Source: an uncultured bacterium
GTDB taxonomy: Bacteria; Patescibacteriota; Dojkabacteria; J137
Direction: 5' to 3'
Length of the DNA: 64,000 nucleotides
NCBI GenBank assembly: GCA_963700155.1
Contig: OY969472.1
Coordinates: forward strand, 517,059-581,058
A program made the position numbers and the translations under genes. Numbering within the stretch: position 1 is the first letter of the stretch; every line of letters starts with the position of its first letter. The notes beneath the pieces are model-generated. The model saw only the letters and a program-made list of their open reading frames with translations, searched no databases and had not been told where the DNA came from. Below, one piece after another: positions 26,810-37,114 of this stretch.

Positions 26810-29023
26810 ATGGCAAGAAGAAAAAAACATATAACTTACGATAGTAAAGAAACACATACAATAGTCGGTTTAATCAGTTTTTTGCTTGGAATATTTTTTA
26901 TATTATCTCTAGTATCAGGGACAGAAAATACAAATAATTTATTTGCTCAGGCAAAAACTCTTTTTGGAGATTCTACAATAATAACTGCTCTATTTTTAAT
27001 TTCATTAGGATTGTCTTTTTTAGGGGTTGAATTACCATTCACAAAAAAAAGCAGTTTAATTTTTCAAGGTGGATTGATTTTTTTGATACCAGCTTTAATA
27101 ACATCACTCTCTTCAACACCAAGAGAATTAGTTAGAAGCGCTGATACTTTAGGTGGAATGGTAGGTTATTTTATTGTAAATACAGTACTTGGTGATACTA
27201 TACCTACTCAACCTGCGACTAAATTTATTCTACTTTCCTTAACTGTAATTTTTGTTCCACTAGCATTATCAATGTCAATAAGTGAATTGATTGACAAGAT
27301 AGCAATGTTTATAGGATGGCTTATTAATTTTATAAAATCAAACTCTGATGTTGAACAAGGAGAAGAAGAACCTAAAGCAACAAATTTTGGTGATTTCAAT
27401 AAATTGTTGAAAGAAAAGCAAATGTTGGAAGAGCAAAACAGGGAATTATTGAAAATGGATAAAAAACCTGAAGAAAAAATGCATCTTCCAGTAAGAGGAG
27501 AAGGCGCTAATATCTCTATCAAAGAAGGTGCAATTGGAGAAGATGGTTTAACACAGACAGCATTAAGATTTTCAAACTGGCAGCTTCCACCACTAAGCTT
27601 ATTGATTCCTTATAAAAAAAGTACAAATAAAGAGCCTGCAATTACTCAAAACGGACAAATTATAGAACAAATTTTATCTAGCTTTGGAATTGAAGCCAAA
27701 GTTGAAGATTCTTATGTAGGGCCATCTGTTATTCAATATGCGTTAAATATTCCACTAGGTGTAAAAGTTGAAAAAATTTCAAACTTAAGTGCAAATGTAG
27801 CACTAGCACTTGGAGTCGATTCGAAAGCAGTTCGAATCGACTCCATTCCAGGTACAACATATTTAGGTATTGAAGTTCCTAGAAGCAAAAGAGATATGGT
27901 AAGGATAAAAGAATTGATGGAATCACCACAGATGATGGATTCTAAAATGGAACTTCCTGCTCCTATAGGTAAAAATATTGATGGATCTGCAGTTATTACT
28001 GATATAAAAAAGATGCCTCATTTGCTTATTGCTGGAGCAACGGGCTCAGGAAAATCTGTTTTGACGAACTCTTTTATTGTTTCACTTTTACTTAAAAAAA
28101 CTCCTGATGAGGTAAGGCTTATTTTAGTTGATCCAAAGCAAGTTGAACTTTCAGACTATAATGGAATTCCACATTTATTAACTCCTGTTATTACAGACAT
28201 GGATCATGTTTTAAATGCTTTGAAATGGGCAGTAGGCGAAATGCAGAAAAGATATAATGTTCTTGCTAAAGAACAGGTAAGAAATATTGAAGGATACAAT
28301 CAAAAAAAAGGTTTTGCTTCAATGCCATATATTGTTATTGTAATTGATGAAATGGCTGATATGATGATGACTGCAAATAGAGTAGAGACTGAGACTGCAA
28401 TAGTAAGATTAGCTCAAAAAGCTAGAGCAGTAGGTATTCACTTAGTTCTCGCTACCCAAAGGCCTTCTGTAAATGTTATTACGGGTATTATTAAAGCTAA
28501 TATTCCAGGCAGAGTTGCTATGAGTGTAGCAAGTAGTACAGATTCAAGAGTTATTCTAGATAGAATTGGAGCAGAAAGCCTTCTTGGTTATGGAGATTTA
28601 TTGTACAAGGCTCCAGATAGTCCTAAGTCTATAAGGTTGCAAGGGTCTTTTGTTGACCAGCAGGAAGTTATCAGGGTTGTTGATTTCATTAAATCACAAG
28701 CTCCTGAGGTTGAATATGTAAATGAGATTATTGAGAAACAGGTGCAACCTGGAGAGGAAGCTATCGGCAATGGTGGTTTAAGTAGTATTTCTGAGGATAA
28801 TCTTCTTGAACAAGCGATTAGAATAGTTGTTCAAAATCAAAAAGGTTCCTCATCTTATTTGCAAAGAAGATTAAATATTGGATTTAATAGAGCAGCTAGA
28901 CTTCTTGAAGAACTTGAAGAGGCCGGGGTGGTTGGTCCTCCTAATGGTAGCAAGCCTAGAGAAGTTCTTGTTAGTGATGCTGATGCATTTATTGCAAGCT
29001 TAAAAAATACTTCACCTGAGTAA
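26810..29023 (+). CDS. ftsK: DNA translocase FtsK/SpoIIIE
   Basis: N-terminal TM segments, Walker A AGATGSGKS, Walker B VIVIDEMADMMM, ATQRPSV, C-terminal gamma wHTH SSSYLQRRLNIGFNRAARLLEELE. Confidence 0.92.
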   Translation: MARRKKHITYDSKETHTIVGLISFLLGIFFILSLVSGTENTNNLFAQAKTLFGDSTIITALFLISLGLSFLGVELPFTKKSSLIFQGGLIFLIPALITSLSSTPRELVRSADTLGGMVGYFIVNTVLGDTIPTQPATKFILLSLTVIFVPLALSMSISELIDKIAMFIGWLINFIKSNSDVEQGEEEPKATNFGDFNKLLKEKQMLEEQNRELLKMDKKPEEKMHLPVRGEGANISIKEGAIGEDGLTQTALRFSNWQLPPLSLLIPYKKSTNKEPAITQNGQIIEQILSSFGIEAKVEDSYVGPSVIQYALNIPLGVKVEKISNLSANVALALGVDSKAVRIDSIPGTTYLGIEVPRSKRDMVRIKELMESPQMMDSKMELPAPIGKNIDGSAVITDIKKMPHLLIAGATGSGKSVLTNSFIVSLLLKKTPDEVRLILVDPKQVELSDYNGIPHLLTPVITDMDHVLNALKWAVGEMQKRYNVLAKEQVRNIEGYNQKKGFASMPYIVIVIDEMADMMMTANRVETETAIVRLAQKARAVGIHLVLATQRPSVNVITGIIKANIPGRVAMSVASSTDSRVILDRIGAESLLGYGDLLYKAPDSPKSIRLQGSFVDQQEVIRVVDFIKSQAPEVEYVNEIIEKQVQPGEEAIGNGGLSSISEDNLLEQAIRIVVQNQKGSSSYLQRRLNIGFNRAARLLEELEEAGVVGPPNGSKPREVLVSDADAFIASLKNTSPE
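27811..27845. repeat. 15-bp perfect hairpin with a 5-nt loop, inside ftsK
   Basis: TGGAGTCGATTCGAA-AGCAG-TTCGAATCGACTCCA. Encodes LGVDSKAVRIDSI. Confidence 0.95.
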
Positions 29024-29031
29024 AAATTATT

Positions 29032-29451
29032 ATGAATACTTTAATTATTGAGACTAAATGCTTTAAAGTATTCTTGAATATTGAAAGCCAATATTACATT
29101 GGTAGATCTGTTGTTGTTCTAAAAAGAGAATGCGGAGAACTTTCTTTGTTAGAAGAAGAAGAGTGGAAAGATTTTGGTAACGTTGTTAAAAAATTTGAAA
29201 ATGCTCTTAAGAAAGCTTTTAATGCAACTATGTTTAATTGGACATGTTTGATGAATGGTGGATATCAAAATAAACCTTATAGTCCACAAATACATTGGCA
29301 TGTTAGACCAAGATACGATTCAGTAGTAAAGTTCGAAGGACTTGAGTGGAAAGATGATGCTTTTGGTGAACATTACGTTAGGGGCAATGATTTATCTTTT
29401 TCTAATAAGATAAATTTAAAAATAATTCATCAAATCCAAAAGTGTTTATGA
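29032..29451 (+). CDS. HIT-family-like protein with an altered triad (Q-x-H-x-H)
   Basis: ..NGGYQNKPYSPQIHWHVRPRY aligns with the HIT HxHxHxx region; the first His is replaced by Gln. Confidence 0.5.
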   Translation: MNTLIIETKCFKVFLNIESQYYIGRSVVVLKRECGELSLLEEEEWKDFGNVVKKFENALKKAFNATMFNWTCLMNGGYQNKPYSPQIHWHVRPRYDSVVKFEGLEWKDDAFGEHYVRGNDLSFSNKINLKIIHQIQKCL

Positions 29452-30215
29452 AAGTTTTAGACCAAGAAACAAAATTTGCACATTTAGGAAAGCCTGGGAC
29501 AGCTTTTACTCCTGGGTTTCAACGTAGATTGGACATGATAACTAAACTTGTTGATTTTAAAGATAAAAAAATTCTTGATCTAGGTTGTGGTGAAGGGGTG
29601 TGGCTTTCAAAGTTTGCAGAATTTACAAGTCCGGAAAATATTTATGGAAGTGAATATGATGGGGAGCAGGTTCAGTCTTTGAAAGCCACACCTTTAAAAA
29701 CTTCAAAAGGAGAAATCCCTTCAGAAAATATTGTTCAATGTCCAGGAGAAGATTTAGCATTTGAAGATAATTTTTTTGATATAGTTTTTCAAAATGAAGT
29801 TCTTGAACATGTGCAGGATGATGTTCAAACTTTAAAAGAATCATTAAGAGTTTTAAAACCAGAAGGAAAGTTAATAATTTTTACTCCAAATCGGGGCTGG
29901 CCTTTTGAACAGCACGGAATGTTTCTTAATGGAAAATATTATTGGGGTAACATTCCACTACTGCCTTGGATGCCAGCCCCGATTTATAAAAAGTTCGCAC
30001 CTCATGTCCGAAATTATTCTAATGGTGTGTTAAAACAAAAAATAAAAGAAGCTGGCGGAAAGATTGTTTATCATACTCATATATTCCCAGGGTTTGATGG
30101 AGCAGTTAGAAGGTTTGGGATTTTAGGGAAAATTCTTCAGAAATTTTTCTTTGTCCTTGAAAAAACACCTCTAAATTTCTTCGGAATTAGCCATCTCGTT
30201 ATTATCACCAAATGA
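29442..30215 (+). CDS. class I SAM-dependent methyltransferase
   Basis: Motif I ILDLGCGEGVW, FDIVFQNEVLEHV, post-II LKPEGKLIIFTPN. Confidence 0.8.
   Translation: MFMKVLDQETKFAHLGKPGTAFTPGFQRRLDMITKLVDFKDKKILDLGCGEGVWLSKFAEFTSPENIYGSEYDGEQVQSLKATPLKTSKGEIPSENIVQCPGEDLAFEDNFFDIVFQNEVLEHVQDDVQTLKESLRVLKPEGKLIIFTPNRGWPFEQHGMFLNGKYYWGNIPLLPWMPAPIYKKFAPHVRNYSNGVLKQKIKEAGGKIVYHTHIFPGFDGAVRRFGILGKILQKFFFVLEKTPLNFFGISHLVIITK
29888..29985. repeat. 14-bp inverted repeat, 70-nt spacer, inside the SAM-methyltransferase gene
   Basis: AAATCGGGGCTGGC (29888-29901) / GCCAGCCCCGATTT (29972-29985). Confidence 0.9.
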
Positions 30216-30617
30216 GCTTTCCATCTGTTTTCTTATTTTATACAATTTCATTATATCTTCCTGTATAAGAGTGTCTGTCATTATTTCGCGCAAAGTTCTA
30301 TCTTTCAATATCTCAGCATTTGCTTTTATATAATCCTCTATCACAAAAATAAAATCATTATCATATTGGAAGGGCAAACTTTCTGATGGATTAGAAATTA
30401 ATTGTACAAGAATAAGAATTCTGCTTAAAAGATTTGGGTTATAACCGTGATCATAATCAACGATTTCATTAAGTGGCTGGTCAATATTTGCTAAAACAGC
30501 TCTTTTCTCTGAAAGGAAAGTATCTTTATCATCAATCTTAGGATTAATGTTTTTCATTGCAACATAGAATGCTCCTAGTAAATCAGGTGAGAAAGATAAA
30601 TCTAAAGTATTGGGCAT
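30171..30617 (-). CDS. hypothetical protein
   Basis: 148-aa ORF converging on the methyltransferase gene with a 45-nt overlap. The start or end may need revision. Confidence 0.4.
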   Translation of the reverse strand: MPNTLDLSFSPDLLGAFYVAMKNINPKIDDKDTFLSEKRAVLANIDQPLNEIVDYDHGYNPNLLSRILILVQLISNPSESLPFQYDNDFIFVIEDYIKANAEILKDRTLREIMTDTLIQEDIMKLYKIRKQMESSFGDNNEMANSEEI

Positions 30618-30635
30618 TGATAAAATAGGTAATAA

Positions 30636-31016
30636 TTAACTTTCTTTATAAATATATTTTACAGCTTCGACAATAACATCTTTTAAAAGCTTGTCACTAC
30701 AGCTTTCAAGATTATTTTCTATATAATCTAATATTCTTACAGGAAGATTTGAATAAGTACTAAATGTTCTTGGGAAATTAATTTGAATAAGTGTTTCAAG
30801 AGTTGGGTATAGTGTAGATAGTGAATCACTGCTTAAAAGTTCAGAAATCTTTTTTTCAAGATTCTGCATTCGAATATTTGCAATAAGCATCCACTGGACT
30901 CTTCCATCTCGATATCTAATTCGGTCTTTTAATTCATTATAAATTTCATACCAACTCCTGTCTTCTTTGATAATTTTTCCTAAATCTGTTTCAATTTTAA
31001 TTGGTTCTTTGCTCAT
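30636..31016 (-). CDS. hypothetical protein
   Basis: 126-aa helical ORF. Confidence 0.4.
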   Translation of the reverse strand: MSKEPIKIETDLGKIIKEDRSWYEIYNELKDRIRYRDGRVQWMLIANIRMQNLEKKISELLSSDSLSTLYPTLETLIQINFPRTFSTYSNLPVRILDYIENNLESCSDKLLKDVIVEAVKYIYKES

Positions 31017-31222
31017 ATAATTTTTATTAGATAATTCGGATTATATTTAAAACAATACTTTTAGTCAAAATTTATATGATAATAATATGTTAATATTCTT
31101 TTTATGAATGAACTATCAGTTAACAAGAAGGATATGGCTGATGAAAAATTAAGAGAATATCATTAGATTTAAAGTAAAGTGGGAATTAAGTATAATAAAA
31201 AGTTACATATATTAAAGAACTG

Positions 31223-32569
31223 ATGAAGATAGCAATAATTTCACAATTTAAAGCAGCTGATGAAGGTGGTGGTGAATCAAGAATTACTTTTGAGTTAGCT
31301 AAAGAGTTAAAAATACTAAACCATGAGGTAGTTATTATTAGCCCAGGAGTAAAGACAGAAAGATATTTTAATAAAGCCTCTGGAATCGAATTTATTTCTT
31401 TACAAAGTGCAGGATCAGTTAAAAATCCACTCATCAATTTAACAAAAAATAATCTAGATATTTTTTATAAATATATAAAAGATTTTTCTCCAGACATCAT
31501 TCACTCACATACAAATGGTTTTTTAGGATTAATAGTTCAAATATGGGCAACTTTAAATAAAGTTCCATTTTTATATACTGCACACGAAACTCCCTCAAAA
31601 TTTAATGAATTTGTAAATGGAAATGCAACAGTCACAATTCTATCAAGATATACTATTAATTTTGTTGCAAGTAATTTTATCAACAACTGTAATGGAATAA
31701 TTGCTTTAACGAATTCTATTAAAAGAGATCTCATTAAGATGAAATATAAAGGAAATATCTTCGTTGTTCCAAACGGCAGGTCTTTTATTAAATATTTTAA
31801 GTCAAAAATAAATAATATTAAGTCTAAGAAAAAAGTATTGGTAAATATTGGAGCTATTTGTAGAAGGAAAAATCAGCTTTTCTTGGTAAAAACAATGGCT
31901 AGTTTATCAAATGACTATAATTTAAAACTTATTGGAGAGGTAGCAGAGAAAGATTATTTTCAAAAAATTAAAGACTATATAAAAAAACATAAATTGACTA
32001 ATATCGAAATTGTTGGAAAAGTTGACTACGAGCATATTAAAGATGTACTAGAGGGTTCTTTATTATATGTACATTCTTCTAGGTCAGAAGTGTTTTCTCT
32101 AGCAGTACTTGAAGCGTTAGCATCAGGGACTCCTGTTATGTTATTAGAAGAAGAAAATACTTTAGATTGGATACCAGAAATAGTCCATGTTTTACCATCC
32201 GATACAAAACCTAAGTTATTTGCAAAAGAAATTGAACATTTTTTGAATACAACACAAGAAAAATATACCAAAATTGCTAAGGAGAGTCGAAAAGAAGTAG
32301 AAATTTATACATTAGAAAGTATGGCAAAATTAACTGTAGATGCATATAGTTCGGTAATTGATTACTACAATCATAATGAGGAAAATCACGAAACAAGATT
32401 TTTAAAAAAGCTAAGAACCTTAATATTTGAAGATGAAAATAAAAAAGGAAAAAAGAAAGTATATAATTTAAATAAGAAGACAATCTTAATTGCTTCAACA
32501 ATGATATTACTTTCAGCTTCACTATTCAGTCTATCGAAGTTAAGCTCAAAATTTAAAAACAAGGATTAA
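31223..32569 (+). CDS. GT4-family glycosyltransferase with a C-terminal membrane anchor
   Basis: N-terminal EGGGESRITFELAKEL, C-terminal SRSEVFSLAVLEALASGTPV (E-x7-E region), terminal TM. Confidence 0.8.
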   Translation: MKIAIISQFKAADEGGGESRITFELAKELKILNHEVVIISPGVKTERYFNKASGIEFISLQSAGSVKNPLINLTKNNLDIFYKYIKDFSPDIIHSHTNGFLGLIVQIWATLNKVPFLYTAHETPSKFNEFVNGNATVTILSRYTINFVASNFINNCNGIIALTNSIKRDLIKMKYKGNIFVVPNGRSFIKYFKSKINNIKSKKKVLVNIGAICRRKNQLFLVKTMASLSNDYNLKLIGEVAEKDYFQKIKDYIKKHKLTNIEIVGKVDYEHIKDVLEGSLLYVHSSRSEVFSLAVLEALASGTPVMLLEEENTLDWIPEIVHVLPSDTKPKLFAKEIEHFLNTTQEKYTKIAKESRKEVEIYTLESMAKLTVDAYSSVIDYYNHNEENHETRFLKKLRTLIFEDENKKGKKKVYNLNKKTILIASTMILLSASLFSLSKLSSKFKNKD

Positions 32570-32572
32570 GTT

Positions 32573-33685
32573 ATGAAAAAAAAGATATTAATAATAATTG
32601 CTGATATAGGAAATGGTCATAAATCTGCAGCTGAAGCTTTAACTTCAGTGTTTAATAATAAATATAAAGACGACTTCGAAGTAAAAGCTATAGATATTTT
32701 TAAAGAATCAGAGATAGAGCCTTTTGATAGTGCAGATATATCGTATAAATTTCTTTCTCAGAACAGAGCATATGAAAGCATTAGTAATTTAACTTGGAAA
32801 TTTACTAATACAGGACTAGGATTTGATATATATAAAAGTTATTTCTTAGGCAGGATTTTCGCATCAGCAGAAAAAATAATTAAGAGCGAAAATCCTGACC
32901 TTGTAATTTCAGCATATCCATTAACTTGTTCAATAGTTCAAAGAATGAAACTCCTTGGTGCTAATTTTAAATATGCAGTAGTTATTACAGACTTGATGAC
33001 AATTCATAGGTCTTGGGCTGATCCAACCGCAAATTTAATTACTTGCCCAACTTCTGATGCTGTAAGCACTTTAATAAAATATGGAGTAAATATTAATAAA
33101 ATAATATATCCATTATTTCCGCTAAAACCTGAACTAGAAAATTATAGGGCTAAAGAGATTGTAGTTGACGAACTGAAGTTGAAAGCTAGTAAACCAATTA
33201 TATTAATAACAGGTGGAGCATTAGGAACAAAAGCTATAAAAAAGGCAATAGATAAGCTTGCTGAGAATAAAAACTTACAATTGATTGTTGTTGCCGGAAG
33301 ATTAGATAGCTTTAAAACTGAATTAGAAAATAAATATAAGGGTCAGAAAAATATAAAAATCTTAGGTTTTGTAAATAACATGTATGATTATTTGAATGCT
33401 TGTGATATCTTGATCGGAAAGCCAGGTGCAACAACAGTAATGGAAGTTCAGTTGTTTGATAAAAGGGCTATTTTTACTAGATATATTGGAGAACATGATT
33501 CTGGCAATGTTAAATACGCATTAAGAGATCCTAAGATTAGATATATTGAAGATGATTGGGATAAGATTCAGAAATATGTAGATGAGCTTTTGGATTTTAA
33601 TCCTAGAGAAACTGAATTCATCCCTAAAAGAAGTTATGATGAGAGCGAAAAGATTGTAGAGGAGATAGTAAAATTAATAAACTAA
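32573..33685 (+). CDS. GT28-family diacylglycerol glycosyltransferase (MGDG-synthase/UgtP-like)
   Basis: ADIGNGHKSAAEAL N-terminal motif, GGALG, GKPGATTVME. Confidence 0.7.
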   Translation: MKKKILIIIADIGNGHKSAAEALTSVFNNKYKDDFEVKAIDIFKESEIEPFDSADISYKFLSQNRAYESISNLTWKFTNTGLGFDIYKSYFLGRIFASAEKIIKSENPDLVISAYPLTCSIVQRMKLLGANFKYAVVITDLMTIHRSWADPTANLITCPTSDAVSTLIKYGVNINKIIYPLFPLKPELENYRAKEIVVDELKLKASKPIILITGGALGTKAIKKAIDKLAENKNLQLIVVAGRLDSFKTELENKYKGQKNIKILGFVNNMYDYLNACDILIGKPGATTVMEVQLFDKRAIFTRYIGEHDSGNVKYALRDPKIRYIEDDWDKIQKYVDELLDFNPRETEFIPKRSYDESEKIVEEIVKLIN

Positions 33686-33720
33686 GATGGTATAGTGATT
33701 ATCTATATAATTTCGGATAT

Positions 33721-34428
33721 TTAATGGTTGCCGTAGCTAAAACGAAATTGAATGTTTGTTTTACCCCAAGACCCATGTGCTATTTCAGGCACATAGAATT
33801 TAAAAAACTCTTTCATTCTTGGATTTAATATTTGTTTAGTTTCTGTTTCAGTCGGAGAAGTATTAATAGTTACAAAATCTTGACCTACGATATAAATTAG
33901 AGAATATCCCTGTATAGGTTTCTCAAGCGCTTCGCCTAGGAGGAAAATTCTTTCTGGATCAGTGATTCTAATAAATAATTTGGCTTGAGAGTAATCATCT
34001 ATTGTTAGAAAGAAATCATCACTTCTTAGCTCAACTCCTTTAAAAAATTTCCTACTTAATTCATTAAGTATAAATTCAGGGGTTTCAATACCTTCTTCTA
34101 AGAGTGTTCCCAATATTGTTTGAAAATATGTTTCAGTTTGAGAGTAAATGTTAACAAAATTAATATTATTTCTAGAAGTCATTCTTACAAATCCAGGCAT
34201 AGAAAGAAAATAGTGTAAAGTTATTATATTCCCAGATTGATCCTCTCCTCTTATTTCTAATGCTGTTAAAGGAAATGTATTGTGTTCAATTGGAACTTTT
34301 ACTAAATTTGGCTCTTCAATATATCCATTCTCTTTCCCGAAAAACTCACGTCCTATATGATCGAGCATCTTGTCTAAAGAATGCTTTGAAAATTCAAATA
34401 AATTTGATCCATCTGGAGTACTATTCAT
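33721..34428 (-). CDS. hypothetical protein
   Basis: 235-aa ORF. No motif recognised. Confidence 0.4.
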   Translation of the reverse strand: MNSTPDGSNLFEFSKHSLDKMLDHIGREFFGKENGYIEEPNLVKVPIEHNTFPLTALEIRGEDQSGNIITLHYFLSMPGFVRMTSRNNINFVNIYSQTETYFQTILGTLLEEGIETPEFILNELSRKFFKGVELRSDDFFLTIDDYSQAKLFIRITDPERIFLLGEALEKPIQGYSLIYIVGQDFVTINTSPTETETKQILNPRMKEFFKFYVPEIAHGSWGKTNIQFRFSYGNH

Positions 34429-34485
34429 AGTTTTTAAGGCTAATTATTATATTTGACGATAACATTGAGCCCTGAAACTTGCAAT

Positions 34486-34887
34486 CTATGCCTCTGGAGA
34501 ATCATTTGGCACACTAAAAGCACATGCAATAGTCCCGATTTCTCCTTCTTGGGGTTCATGAATAAGATATTGGCCATCTTGAGGTTCAACTAAAAGATAT
34601 TCCGCATCAGAATCAAGTATGCCGTCATTCTGTACCCAGATTTGTTGACCTGACGGTTTGAATGCTCCATATTCAATAGCTATGGCAAGTTGAACTAACG
34701 AGGGAATTGTTCCATGTATGCCATTTTTAACTCGATTTGAGCAGAATTGGATAGCTTCATCAATCGTTGCTTTTGCTGGTTCTTCTTGGTCGAGTGTTGG
34801 AGTTGGTTGTGGAGCTTTATCTCCTATACATCCTGATAGAATAGTCAAAGTTAATATTGTAGATGTCATTAATTTCATTATTTCCAT
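34486..34887 (-). CDS. putative lipoprotein
   Basis: Signal peptide with lipobox LTILSGC. 133 aa. Confidence 0.6.
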   Translation of the reverse strand: MEIMKLMTSTILTLTILSGCIGDKAPQPTPTLDQEEPAKATIDEAIQFCSNRVKNGIHGTIPSLVQLAIAIEYGAFKPSGQQIWVQNDGILDSDAEYLLVEPQDGQYLIHEPQEGEIGTIACAFSVPNDSPEA

Positions 34888-34991
34888 ACTTTATTTATAA
34901 CATAAAAAAGTCAGAATTCTAATTATCACTTTCTAAACCACCCTGCTAAGTGGTAAAATACCAGAGTATTTTTATAAATAGATTTAGATTA

Positions 34992-36116
34992 ATGGCTGAA
35001 AAAAGAGATTACTATGAAGTCTTAGGAGTTACAAAAAGCTCTTCTAAAGATGAAATTAAAAAAGCATACCGAAAACTTGCAAAAGAATATCACCCTGACA
35101 GGAATAAAGCTGCAGATGCGGAAGCAAAGTTTAAAGAAGTTCAGGAAGCTTATGATATTCTTTCCGACCAGCAAAAAAGATCAGCTTATGATCAATATGG
35201 ATTTGCAGGGACTCAAGCTTTTGGAGGCGGAACTCCTGGAGGTTTCGGAAATTTTGGTAACATGCAAGGTTTTTCTTCAGGTGATTTGAATGGTTTCGAG
35301 GATATTTTAGGAAATTTATTTGGTAGTAGCTTTGGTGGATTTGACTTTGGAGGCCTTGGCGGCAGGAGTTCCGCAAGAACTAGAACAGAAAACAATCGAG
35401 GCTCAGATTTAGAATTTGTTCTCCAGATTGATTTTATGGATGCTATATTTGGAGCAGAGAAGACTTTTACTTATGATAGATTTGTAAAATGTGATGTCTG
35501 CAATGGTACAGGTTCTAAAGATGGAAAGAAAAAGACATGTCCTACATGTAATGGAAGAGGTCAGGTAACTCAAGTTCAAAACACTTTCTTCGGAAGAATG
35601 CAGGTGGTAACAACATGTCCTACATGTCATGGGCAAGGTGAAATCATTTCAGAAAAATGTCCGAAATGTAAAGGATCTGGAATAATTCAAACTAAAGAAA
35701 CATTTAAGATGAAAGTTCCGGCTGGAATCCCAGATGGAGTAACATTAAGATTTAAAGAAAAAGGAAATGCCGGAGAACGTGGCGGGAATTATGGAGATTT
35801 GTTTGTAACTATTGAGGTAAGGTCTCATGCAAAACTTGAAAGACGTGGTGACGATATTTATATAGATCAAGAAATTGATGTTGTAACCGCGGTCTTAGGT
35901 AGTGAAATTAAGGTCCCTACAGTCCATGGTGATGTTTTGATGAAGGTTCCAGCCGGAACTCAATCTGAAAAAGTTTTAAGACTTAAAGGTAAAGGTGGAC
36001 CAAAATTCAGAGGTTCTGGAAATGGGGATCAATATGTAAAATTAATAATCAATATTCCAACAAAACTTTCTAAAGAAGAAAAAGATCTCTGGGAAAAATT
36101 AAAAAATTCTAAATAG
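34992..36116 (+). CDS. dnaJ: molecular chaperone DnaJ (type I)
   Basis: J domain [14 protein letters not shown] region, four CxxCxGxG zinc motifs ([32 protein letters not shown]). No adjacent dnaK or grpE. Confidence 0.95.
   Translation: MAEKRDYYEVLGVTKSSSKDEIKKAYRKLAKEYHPDRNKAADAEAKFKEVQEAYDILSDQQKRSAYDQYGFAGTQAFGGGTPGGFGNFGNMQGFSSGDLNGFEDILGNLFGSSFGGFDFGGLGGRSSARTRTENNRGSDLEFVLQIDFMDAIFGAEKTFTYDRFVKCDVCNGTGSKDGKKKTCPTCNGRGQVTQVQNTFFGRMQVVTTCPTCHGQGEIISEKCPKCKGSGIIQTKETFKMKVPAGIPDGVTLRFKEKGNAGERGGNYGDLFVTIEVRSHAKLERRGDDIYIDQEIDVVTAVLGSEIKVPTVHGDVLMKVPAGTQSEKVLRLKGKGGPKFRGSGNGDQYVKLIINIPTKLSKEEKDLWEKLKNSK
35227..35374. repeat. 12-bp inverted repeat, 124-nt spacer, inside the dnaJ G/F region
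   Basis: GCGGAACTCCTG (35227-35238) / CAGGAGTTCCGC (35363-35374). Confidence 0.9.
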
Positions 36117-36266
36117 TCAAATATTAATAACTACTGTGTGATAAGGTATTTGTTGTCAAGCTCTTCTAAGATTTGACAAATCAAAAATTTTGCTCTTATA
36201 ATGAAATCGAAAGCCCCTTTTAAATGCACTTAAAAGTTTGTGCTAATAAAAATTAAGACAATCTTT

Positions 36267-37046
36267 ATGATAGACATTGCAGAAATTAATGGATTACCTC
36301 TAAGGTTCGATCTCGAAAATGAGAGATTTGTTCCTAATGAAGACATAGTTTATGACAATGAATCTTATATCCAACTTTCAGACCTCGAACCGATACTTTT
36401 AAATAAATATTTAAGATACCCAGAAAAAGTTTATTGGTATTATAAAAATATTCATGATACTAATGTTCCCCAAGAAAACGATGTTTCTTATGACATTATA
36501 TATTTACCATTCGGACTTTTAGGAATTGAATTTATAAAAACTCATATTTTTTCAAGTAGCTACTGTGAAAATAAATGTGATGCTGTAATTGAGGTTTTGT
36601 ATGGTAATCTAACAGTTGTAATTCAAAAAAATAAAGAAAAAGAAGATCCCTATGAATTTGAAACTTATGTAGAAGCTATAAATATTATAACTTTACGAAA
36701 AGGCGAGAAACTAGTTATTCCTACTGGTGTTTATTATACATTTGTTAATACAGGAGTTGTTCCTGTAATATTTTCTAAAATTGGATCTAAAACCCATATA
36801 CAAACCGATTATTCTATAATGAAAAGAGAGAGAGGTTTAGCATATTTCCTGATTTCTAAGAATGCTAAAATTGAGATTGTAGCAAATCCAAGGTATAAGA
36901 TAGATTGTAAATTAAAATGTGCGTCCCTGAGGAGATTGATGAGTGAAGAAGATTCACCTTATATCATGAAAGAGACACATTCTTCTAGAAACTCGCTATA
37001 TAAACTTTTTGCAGAAAATATACTCTCAGAAGTACTTGCGGTATAA
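36267..37046 (+). CDS. cupin-fold protein resembling archaeal cupin-type phosphoglucose isomerase, with degenerate metal ligands
   Basis: YLPFGLLGIEFIKTHIF.., LRKGEKLVIPTGVYYTFVNTG..PVIF, ..VANPRYK parallel my recollection of the Pyrococcus cPGI layout. Only one His of GHxH is kept, and the later His is absent. Confidence 0.35.
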   Translation: MIDIAEINGLPLRFDLENERFVPNEDIVYDNESYIQLSDLEPILLNKYLRYPEKVYWYYKNIHDTNVPQENDVSYDIIYLPFGLLGIEFIKTHIFSSSYCENKCDAVIEVLYGNLTVVIQKNKEKEDPYEFETYVEAINIITLRKGEKLVIPTGVYYTFVNTGVVPVIFSKIGSKTHIQTDYSIMKRERGLAYFLISKNAKIEIVANPRYKIDCKLKCASLRRLMSEEDSPYIMKETHSSRNSLYKLFAENILSEVLAV

Positions 37047-37114
37047 ATACATTTGTAAATCCCTGTTTTATAAATTAATATTATCTATTATAATTCGCTG
37101 GATTTCTTTTTTAT

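Noticed and set aside
35050-35636. Four alternative-frame or antisense ORFs overlapping dnaJ (35050-35289, 35131-35376, 35213-35395, 35409-35636)
   Set aside because: dnaJ is unambiguous, with its J domain, G/F region and four zinc motifs. The overlapping frames are artefacts of the repetitive Gly/Phe-rich coding sequence.
36153-36190. Possible intrinsic terminator after dnaJ (TTGTCAA..TTGACAA followed by an A/T run)
   Set aside because: The stem is only 7 bp and AT-rich with a 13-nt loop and no clean U tract. That is too weak to annotate.
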